64,000 bases of DNA, taken from Thiogranum sp. Its GTDB lineage: Bacteria > Pseudomonadota > Gammaproteobacteria > DSM-19610. The notes under the pieces were generated by a model that worked only from the letters and a program-made list of their open reading frames with translations, made no database searches and was not told the DNA's origin. Positions 57,762 to 64,000 of this stretch are shown here, piece by piece (position 1 is the first letter of the stretch; each line of letters begins with the position of its first letter). Location of the stretch: positions 2,394 through 66,393 of the forward strand of contig JAJDOI010000022.1 of the NCBI GenBank assembly GCA_022340245.1, read 5' to 3'. Position numbers and translations under genes: made by a program.

Positions 57762-58634
57762 ATGGCTATGCACTTTAAGCAACCCGCCCGCCCGCTGCTG
57801 GTATACACCGACCTGGACGGCACCCTGCTGGACCATGACAGTTACAGTTTCCGGCCCGCTGTCCCGGCGCTCGAGCGGCTCGCAAAGCTCGCTGTGCCGG
57901 TGATCCCGGTAACCAGCAAGACACTGGCCGAGCTTGAGATGCTGCGCGGACAACTGGGCCTGACGGGTCCCTGCATCGCGGAGAACGGCGGCCTGATCGC
58001 CATACCCCGGGGCTACTTCGATCCGGGCCCGTCACTGGAGGGCGGCGAACATTTCCTGGTCGACTTCCTGTCACCGCGGTATGAGGAAATCCTCGCCACC
58101 CTTGCCGGGCTGCGCCGGGAATTCGGCTTCGATTTCACCGGATTTTCCGACCTGGGTGATGTCGAGGTCGCCCGCCTCACCGGGCTGGATATCGAACAGG
58201 CGCGACGCGCCCGCCAGCGGCTGTGCTCAGAGCCGCTGGTGTGGCGTGACAGTGTGCAGGCCTTCGAGCGTTTTTCGCAGGAACTGGAAAGACGTAACTA
58301 CACCCTGGTGGAAGGCGGACGCTTCTATCACGTGCTCGGACACACCGACAAGGCCCGCGCCATAGACAGGCTCAGCCGGTATTATTCCGAGGCGGGATTT
58401 GCGAACTTTACCAGCATCGCCCTGGGCGACAGCCCCAACGATACCCTGATGCTGCAAGCGACAGGTGTCGCGGTGGTCATCCGCCGCAAAGACGGCAGCT
58501 GGCTACCGCTTGAAACGCGCGGCGAAAAAGTGCAAACCCGCGCCACCGGCCCCGAGGGCTGGAACGAATTCTTCCAGAAGTATCTCGACACCATGAACGT
58601 GGATGCCTCCACTCAAAGGATCACACATGGCTGA
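57762..58634 (+). CDS. HAD-IIB phosphatase of the mannosyl/glucosyl-3-phosphoglycerate phosphatase (MPGP/YedP) family
   Basis: The ATG at 57762 gives 290 aa: LVYTDLDGTLLDHDSYSF...VPVIPVTSKTLAEL...GDSPND. Confidence 0.85.
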   Translation: MAMHFKQPARPLLVYTDLDGTLLDHDSYSFRPAVPALERLAKLAVPVIPVTSKTLAELEMLRGQLGLTGPCIAENGGLIAIPRGYFDPGPSLEGGEHFLVDFLSPRYEEILATLAGLRREFGFDFTGFSDLGDVEVARLTGLDIEQARRARQRLCSEPLVWRDSVQAFERFSQELERRNYTLVEGGRFYHVLGHTDKARAIDRLSRYYSEAGFANFTSIALGDSPNDTLMLQATGVAVVIRRKDGSWLPLETRGEKVQTRATGPEGWNEFFQKYLDTMNVDASTQRITHG

Positions 58635-59841
58635 TTTTTTCCAGACCGCCGATATCACCACCCTGCACAAGCTCCGCGACCGTCCTATCGAGGCGCTGGA
58701 ATCCGAACTGTGCGCCTTCGCCGAAACGCGCCCGATGGCGTTGATCCTCCCGAGCCTCTACTCGGAACTGCAGGGCGATGCGCTGCCCCACATTGTCGAA
58801 CACCTCAAACACGCCAGTTATATTGCCGACATCGTTGTGGGCCTGGACCGCGCCGATCGCAATCAGTTTCTGCACGCGCGGGAATTCTTCAGCGCGCTGC
58901 CGCAACGCACGCACATCCTGTGGCACGACGGCCAGAGACTGCGCAACCTGGACAGCAAGCTTGCCGCAGAAGGTCTGTCGCCTGAACACCAGGGGAAGGG
59001 GCGGAATGTCTGGTTCTGTTTCGGTTATGTACTGGCGCTGGAGCACGTTGAAGCGGTTGCCCTGCACGACTGCGATATCACCACCTACGACCGATCCTTC
59101 CCTGCACGACTGTTCTACCCGGTAGCCAATCCGACGTTCAGTTTCGAATTCTGCAAGGGCTACTACGCACGCATCCATAACGACAAACTCAGCGGCAGGC
59201 TGACACGCCTGTTTGTCACACCCCTGTTACGAGCGTTGAAGAAAGTCGTCGGCAACCGCGATTATCTGGAGTTCATGGACAGTTTCCGTTATCCGCTTTC
59301 CGGGGAATTCTCCTTGCGTCGGGACTTCATCCAGACCATGCGCATCCCCGGTGACTGGGGCCTTGAGGTCGGGGTTTTGTCGGAGGTCTACCGCAACCTG
59401 TCACGCCATCAGATCTGCCAGGTGGATATTGCCGACACCTATGACCACAAGCACCAGGAGCTGTCCGCAGACATACAGGAGAGCGGCCTGGTGAGAATGA
59501 GCGAAGAAATCGCCAGGTCGCTGTTCCGCAAGCTCGCTACCGAAGGCATCACCCTTTCACCGGAGTGTTTTCGTTCCATCAAGGCCAGTTACTTCCGGAT
59601 CGCGCTGGACTCCGTCGAGCAGTACTACTACGACGCCAGAATAAACGGTCTGAGTTTCGACCGGCACGCCGAAGAAGGCAGCGTCGACCTGTTTTCCCAC
59701 AGTATCGTGACAGCCGGTGAATCCTTTCTCGCCAACCCGATGGAAGCGCCGTTCATTCCCAACTGGAATCGCGTCCAAAGCGCCATTCCCGAGTTCGCCA
59801 GGCAAATGCTGGCTGCGGTGGCCGCGGACGCTGCCGACTAG
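58627..59841 (+). CDS. Glucosyl-3-phosphoglycerate synthase-like glycosyltransferase
   Basis: The ATG at 58627 (8-nt overlap with the phosphatase gene) gives 404 aa with a GT-A-like core and LHDCDI (DxD-type). It resembles the MpgS/GpgS family as I recall it. The sugar specificity is inferred from context. Confidence 0.7.
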   Translation: MADFFQTADITTLHKLRDRPIEALESELCAFAETRPMALILPSLYSELQGDALPHIVEHLKHASYIADIVVGLDRADRNQFLHAREFFSALPQRTHILWHDGQRLRNLDSKLAAEGLSPEHQGKGRNVWFCFGYVLALEHVEAVALHDCDITTYDRSFPARLFYPVANPTFSFEFCKGYYARIHNDKLSGRLTRLFVTPLLRALKKVVGNRDYLEFMDSFRYPLSGEFSLRRDFIQTMRIPGDWGLEVGVLSEVYRNLSRHQICQVDIADTYDHKHQELSADIQESGLVRMSEEIARSLFRKLATEGITLSPECFRSIKASYFRIALDSVEQYYYDARINGLSFDRHAEEGSVDLFSHSIVTAGESFLANPMEAPFIPNWNRVQSAIPEFARQMLAAVAADAAD

Positions 59842-59857
59842 GGACGTTATCTGCGCC

Positions 59858-61627
59858 TCAGGTATTACTGAACCAGCAGGCGGCATAAGGCGGCAGCACC
59901 GCTTGCTGCTCGGAGAAGCGGACCTCCGCGGTCCCGATGAGCTCCCGCCAGTCGTCGATTCGTGCCGCGAGGCGCCCCCGGTCGATACTCGCCGCGCACG
60001 CCGTGCAGTTGAACAGGCAGACGATCTGTTGTTGACCGTCGGGCGAGGTACGCTGCAACCCGAACAGACCGTTGTCCAGGTCCAGCACTTTCTGCCCGCC
60101 GTCTGGATGAAACGCCCTCTGGCCCTTGCGGATCTTGAGCAGGCGCCGGTAGGCGTGAAATACCCGGCCGGTTTCGCTTTCAGGATTGGCAATCAGACTC
60201 TCCAGTTCGCCCCGGTCCCATTGGCGCCGGTTAACGGCGCGCGTCAAACCCGTGCGTTCCACACCGAGCGTGTCGTTACGGGTCGCCACCAGGCTGTGCA
60301 GATACACACCCGGAATTCCCTTGAAGCTCAGGGCAATCACTTGTGACAGCAGAAATGCCGGGATGTGGAACTGGTTGGACTCGCCATGAGGGTTTCTGAA
60401 CGCGTCGAAATAACTGATATTGAGTTCATAGGGAATATCCCGGCCGTCGCTGTTGCGACGGGTGGAAATATAGCCGCCGCGCTCGCGCATGGCCTCCAGC
60501 ATGCGCTTGACCTCCTCTTCCGGCACCAGTCCTTCCAGTGGCCGCAGTCCGACACCGTCGTGCGAGGCGGTGAAATTGAAAAAGGTGCAGTTGCCGGGCA
60601 GGCGCAGGTCCTCCAGCGACTGCGCCCAGGCCTTGAAATACTGCGTATTGCCGGAATAGATCGCATACAACAGCAAGGGCGGCAAACTGAACTGGTACAC
60701 CAGGTGGGCCTCGTCGCCGTCACCAAAATAGGTGATGTTCTCGCCATGAGGGACATTGGTTTCGGTGATCACCAGCGCGCCCGGTTCCACCAGTTCCAGC
60801 ACATCGCGGAACAGTTTGATAATCTGGTGGGTCTGCGGCAGGTGTATGCAGGACGTGCCGATTTCCTTCCATAGATACGCGACCGCATCGAGGCGGACCA
60901 TACGGGCACCGCGGCGGAAGTAATACAGCAGGATATCCACAAACTCCAGCAGCACTCCCGGGTTGGCGTAGTTCATGTCGATCTGGTCGTTTGAGAAGGT
61001 CGTCCACACGTGACGCAGCCCGCGGTGGGTGCGCACGCCACTCAGGACCGGTGAACTTCGCGGCCGCGTCACCATGGACAGATTCTCCGCAGGGTCGACC
61101 TCGATGAAATAATCACAGGCCGGTTCCTGTCCGGCAATGTAGTCGATAAACCAGAGGTTCTCGCGCGAACAATGGTTCAGTACCAGGTCGAAAGCCAGGT
61201 CATAGCTCTGTTCGAGCGCGGCGATGTCTTCCCAGCTACCGAGCCTTGAATCGACGGCGCGGAAGTCCGTAACCGAAAAGCCGCCGTCGGAGCTCCACGG
61301 GTAAAATGGCAAAAGGTGAACCATACTGAATGCCTCCGGCAGGTGCCGCTTCAGGAAGGTCCTCAGCGTCTGCAGGGGCGGATTTTCGGCGGACTGGATG
61401 GAGTCCCCGTAGGTGATCAGCACAGCGTCCGCCTGCGTCCAGAGTGGGCCTACCACGGAACGTGTGCGCAGCTGCTTGTGTGTCTCCAGGATGCGAAAGA
61501 CGCGTTTTGCACAGGCGGCGCCGGTTTCGGCCCCGTACAAAAGCTTCAGCCGTTCCAGGATACGCTGTTGCGGATCAGCGACGCCCTTTTCGGGCGCCGG
61601 TGCGCCGATATTCTCTCCAGTAACCAT
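59858..61627 (-). CDS. GH13_18 sucrose-phosphorylase-family enzyme, candidate glucosylglycerate phosphorylase
   Basis: About 589 aa; the start could be the ATG ending at 61627 or at 61633. It has the catalytic signatures VRLDAVAYLWKE (nucleophile), LVITETNVPH (acid/base) and FTASHDGVGL. Confidence 0.85.
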   Translation of the reverse strand: MVTGENIGAPAPEKGVADPQQRILERLKLLYGAETGAACAKRVFRILETHKQLRTRSVVGPLWTQADAVLITYGDSIQSAENPPLQTLRTFLKRHLPEAFSMVHLLPFYPWSSDGGFSVTDFRAVDSRLGSWEDIAALEQSYDLAFDLVLNHCSRENLWFIDYIAGQEPACDYFIEVDPAENLSMVTRPRSSPVLSGVRTHRGLRHVWTTFSNDQIDMNYANPGVLLEFVDILLYYFRRGARMVRLDAVAYLWKEIGTSCIHLPQTHQIIKLFRDVLELVEPGALVITETNVPHGENITYFGDGDEAHLVYQFSLPPLLLYAIYSGNTQYFKAWAQSLEDLRLPGNCTFFNFTASHDGVGLRPLEGLVPEEEVKRMLEAMRERGGYISTRRNSDGRDIPYELNISYFDAFRNPHGESNQFHIPAFLLSQVIALSFKGIPGVYLHSLVATRNDTLGVERTGLTRAVNRRQWDRGELESLIANPESETGRVFHAYRRLLKIRKGQRAFHPDGGQKVLDLDNGLFGLQRTSPDGQQQIVCLFNCTACAASIDRGRLAARIDDWRELIGTAEVRFSEQQAVLPPYAACWFSNT

Positions 61628-61837
61628 GTGCATGCACCAAAATTCTGCCGGCGGCGGCGGCGCGGCCGCCACTTTGGGGCAGTATACCGTCGGATCGGGC
61701 CCGAGCGCCCCCCCCCGGTACCCGAGCAGGATACATGCCAGGCTGCGGTGGCTAGACGCTCAGGCCAATCGTGCTAGAATCCAGTGACATTCGGCGGAGC
61801 AAAAACAAGCCACAACGGTACGAGGTCCAACCCCACG

Positions 61838-62539
61838 GTGCTACGAATCAGTATCATGAACACCAAAGGCGGCTGTGGTAAAACCACGGTGGCCACCAAT
61901 CTGGCGAGTTATTGCGCCGGCGAGGGGTATGCGACGGCGCTGTTCGACTATGACAGGCAGGCTTCCAGCACCCGCTGGTTGAAGCAGCGCAAAGCCGGAC
62001 GCCCCCCGATACACGGGGTTGCAGCATTCGAACCACCCCCCGAAGGCATGACGCGCAGCTGGCAAATGCGAGTGCCGGAAAATACCCGTTACACCATCAC
62101 CGACACACCGGCGGGCTATGCACTGTTTGATGTCGAAGACCGGGTTGCCGAAGCCGATGTGATTCTCATCCCGGTACTGCCCTCCGTCATCGACATCCAT
62201 TCCACCGCCGACTTTATCCGTGACCTGCTACTGGTGGGCAAGGCGCGCGCCCATAACACGCGACTGGCGATTGTCACCAACCGTACACGGATACACACCA
62301 AGGCGGTGGAGAAACTGGAGCGGTTCCTCCAGAAGCTGGACATCCCGGTGGTCGCGCGTATCCGGGATACACAACACTATGTCACTGCGGCCGAACAGGG
62401 CCTCGGTATTCACGAACTCGGTGAACGCGATGCCCGCAAGGACATCGAATCCTGGTCGGCATTGTTGAGCTGGCTGGACGAGACCCAGCTGGACTTCGAC
62501 AGCACGCACAATATGCTGAGAAACTGCTCGGCTCGCTGA
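61838..62539 (+). CDS. Orphan ParA/ParF-like deviant Walker-A ATPase
   Basis: A GTG at 61838 gives VLRISIMNTKGGCGKTTVATNLA (KGGxxGKT with the signature Lys), DYDRQASSTRW and YTITDTPAG. It is about 233 aa, and no ParB- or McdB-like partner gene is adjacent. Confidence 0.85.
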   Translation: MLRISIMNTKGGCGKTTVATNLASYCAGEGYATALFDYDRQASSTRWLKQRKAGRPPIHGVAAFEPPPEGMTRSWQMRVPENTRYTITDTPAGYALFDVEDRVAEADVILIPVLPSVIDIHSTADFIRDLLLVGKARAHNTRLAIVTNRTRIHTKAVEKLERFLQKLDIPVVARIRDTQHYVTAAEQGLGIHELGERDARKDIESWSALLSWLDETQLDFDSTHNMLRNCSAR

Positions 62540-62643
62540 GCCTTGTCTGATTGCGTCTCCGCCACCTCGCTGTTTGGCCCTGCCCCGTCGCGGCGTGGCT
62601 GCGTTGTCGGCTATACACCCGGCTATCGTGGCAGGCGGGCTGT

Positions 62644-64000
62644 ATGCCGCGGTCGACAACCACCACTGATCTGGACGACACTTCCAAGGTGACTATCGCT
62701 CTTCCCCAGTATGTTCGCCGTTCTGTCTGCCGGTTGCTCCTGCTGGGGTCACTGGTGCTGGCACCCGCACTGTCGGCCGTCTCCGCCGAGCACCCCCTCG
62801 AACCCGTAGACACCTCCAGCCCGCGCGCGACGCTGAGCAGCTTCCTGGCCAACGTGGACAGCGTCATGAAAGCGCTAGGCGGCGAATACCGGGATGCGCC
62901 CAGTTATGAGCTGGCTTTGCGGAACATGGTGCCCGTGGAACGTGCGCTCGCCACACTCGACCTCAGTGAAACCGCTCCGGCTACCCGCGTTGAGCAGGGG
63001 CTCGATGCAGGCACCTATCTATACGAGGTTTTGTCCCGTATAGAACTCCCGCCGCCAGACGACATTCCCGGCAAGACAGCGGTCAGCGGACCGGATCCCC
63101 TCATCCGGTGGACCGTCCCGCACACCGAAATCACCATCGCCAGGGTCGACACAGGTCCGCAAGCCGGCCAGTACCTGTTTACCGCGGACAGCGTGGCGCG
63201 CGCCGGGAAGTTCTACCTCAAGATCCGTGATTTGCCCTACCGTCGCCCGATCCCGCTGCAGCACCCCGCGGAGCTGCGCGAGTACCTGCCGGGCTGGATG
63301 ATCCCCATTGCCGGCATTGAGCGACTGCCTGCATGGACCAGGCAGGTCGTCTTTGGACAGGCCGTCTGGAAGTGGGGCGCTTTCGCGCTGCTGCTAGTGA
63401 TCATTGTGGGTGCGCTGAAGGTGGTCCACCGGCTGGCGCACCGGCGAACGACGGACAAGCTGGCATATAAATACCTGCAGCAACTTGCCCTGCCCGTGGC
63501 AATCCTCGTATCCATGCAACCCGCTGCGTACCTGTTGACCGAACAAATCAACTTCATCGGCGCCATGGCGAGAGGTGTGAACCTTGTCACCGGCGTCATC
63601 GCTTACCTGTGCGGGACCTGGGCGGCCTGGCTGGGTTCATTGCTGCTGGCCGAACTCATCCTGTTGTCACCGAGAATGGCCGAGGACAGTCTTGATGCCC
63701 AGCTGCTGCGCCTGAGCGCACGGATCATCGGTATCGTACTGGGAGTCACCATGATCTTTTACGGCGCCAACCAGATCGGCATTCCGCTGGTGGGTCTACT
63801 CGCGGGTGTCGGTGTCGGCGGTCTGGCTATCGCGCTGGCCGCCCAGGATTCTCTGAAAAACCTGCTGGGCAGCCTGATGATCTTCATGGACCAGCCCTAC
63901 AAGCCGGGAGAACGGATTGTCGTCCAGGGGCACGACGGGTTCGTTGAACAGATCGGCCTGCGGTCGACCAAGATCCGCATGCTCCACGGTGCGCTGACCA
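62644..64000 (+). CDS. MscS-family mechanosensitive channel with an N-terminal periplasmic domain (3' end outside window)
   Basis: This frame-1 ORF is not in the supplied track because it has no stop inside the window. The ATG at 62644 gives a signal peptide ...LLLLGSLVLAPALSAVSA, several TM helices, and then the MscS core GVGVGGLAIALAAQDSLKNLLGSLMIFMDQPYKPGERIVVQGHDGFVEQIGLRSTKIR. Confidence 0.85.
   Translation, partial: MPRSTTTTDLDDTSKVTIALPQYVRRSVCRLLLLGSLVLAPALSAVSAEHPLEPVDTSSPRATLSSFLANVDSVMKALGGEYRDAPSYELALRNMVPVERALATLDLSETAPATRVEQGLDAGTYLYEVLSRIELPPPDDIPGKTAVSGPDPLIRWTVPHTEITIARVDTGPQAGQYLFTADSVARAGKFYLKIRDLPYRRPIPLQHPAELREYLPGWMIPIAGIERLPAWTRQVVFGQAVWKWGAFALLLVIIVGALKVVHRLAHRRTTDKLAYKYLQQLALPVAILVSMQPAAYLLTEQINFIGAMARGVNLVTGVIAYLCGTWAAWLGSLLLAELILLSPRMAEDSLDAQLLRLSARIIGIVLGVTMIFYGANQIGIPLVGLLAGVGVGGLAIALAAQDSLKNLLGSLMIFMDQPYKPGERIVVQGHDGFVEQIGLRSTKIRMLHGALT

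Noticed and set aside
1-64000. Scan for CRISPR arrays, rRNA or tRNA genes, IS elements, transposases, integrases, prophage genes or known defence systems.
   Set aside because: Reading the six-frame translations and the intergenic regions revealed no spaced direct repeats, no DDE, tyrosine or serine recombinase motifs and no recognisable defence-gene families. A by-eye scan can miss short or degenerate elements, so software (tRNAscan-SE, ISEScan, CRISPRCasFinder, DefenseFinder) should confirm this.

Overview
This is a high-GC chromosomal window; 60-nt lines counted by hand gave about 68% G+C in menD and about 40% in one atypical gene. Gene order looks gammaproteobacterial. All calls come from reading the six-frame translations, motifs recalled from memory and gene context. 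No searches were run, so start codons and substrate specificities are provisional.

Layout:
(1) 1-16.1 kb is housekeeping: gluQ 3' end, acs, a tandem-receiver protein, an alpha/beta hydrolase, a secreted beta-propeller-like protein, the conserved pnp-rpsO-truB-rbfA-infB-nusA-rimP block on the minus strand, a small orphan ORF and an LpxH-family phosphoesterase.
(2) About 16.3-52.1 kb is a roughly 35-kb energy-metabolism block.
- It contains a complete membrane-bound [NiFe]-hydrogenase system, hupSLCD-GHIJ plus hypACBD, a nickel permease and hypFE. The small subunit carries the six-cysteine signature of O2-tolerant enzymes.
- It contains a classical menaquinone cluster (ratA-like, ubiE/menG, menE, menC, menA, menB, menF, menD, hotdog thioesterase).
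- It contains a low-GC cytochrome c-prime-like gene next to about 0.9 kb of apparently decayed sequence.
- It contains an SQR-like flavoprotein fused to a CBS pair, co-oriented with an 11-haem cytochrome c.
- It contains a minus-strand operon: split YeeE/YedE sulfur transporter, PsrABC-like molybdoenzyme, and a rhodanese-like lipoprotein.
- It ends with a HemN-like radical SAM gene.
- The block is flanked by two truncated gene remnants (a cation:proton antiporter and mtfA).
(3) 52.1-64 kb holds an RND efflux pair, a glucosylglycerate-type compatible-solute cluster (glycerate kinase, MPGP-family phosphatase, GpgS-like transferase, GH13_18 phosphorylase), an orphan ParA/ParF-like ATPase and the 5' part of an MscS-family channel.

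I saw no rRNA, tRNA, CRISPR array, intact IS element, integrase or recognisable defence system.

The most interesting signals are in the sulfur locus:
- Two unrelated proteins carry similar proline-rich C-terminal tails ending in a terminal cysteine (...PRK...P[ST]HxG..C-COOH).
- The rhodanese domain has lost its catalytic cysteine.
- An SQR-CBS fusion is paired with an undecahaem cytochrome.
- The HemN-like radical SAM enzyme is positioned like the MenK/MqnK menaquinone methyltransferases.
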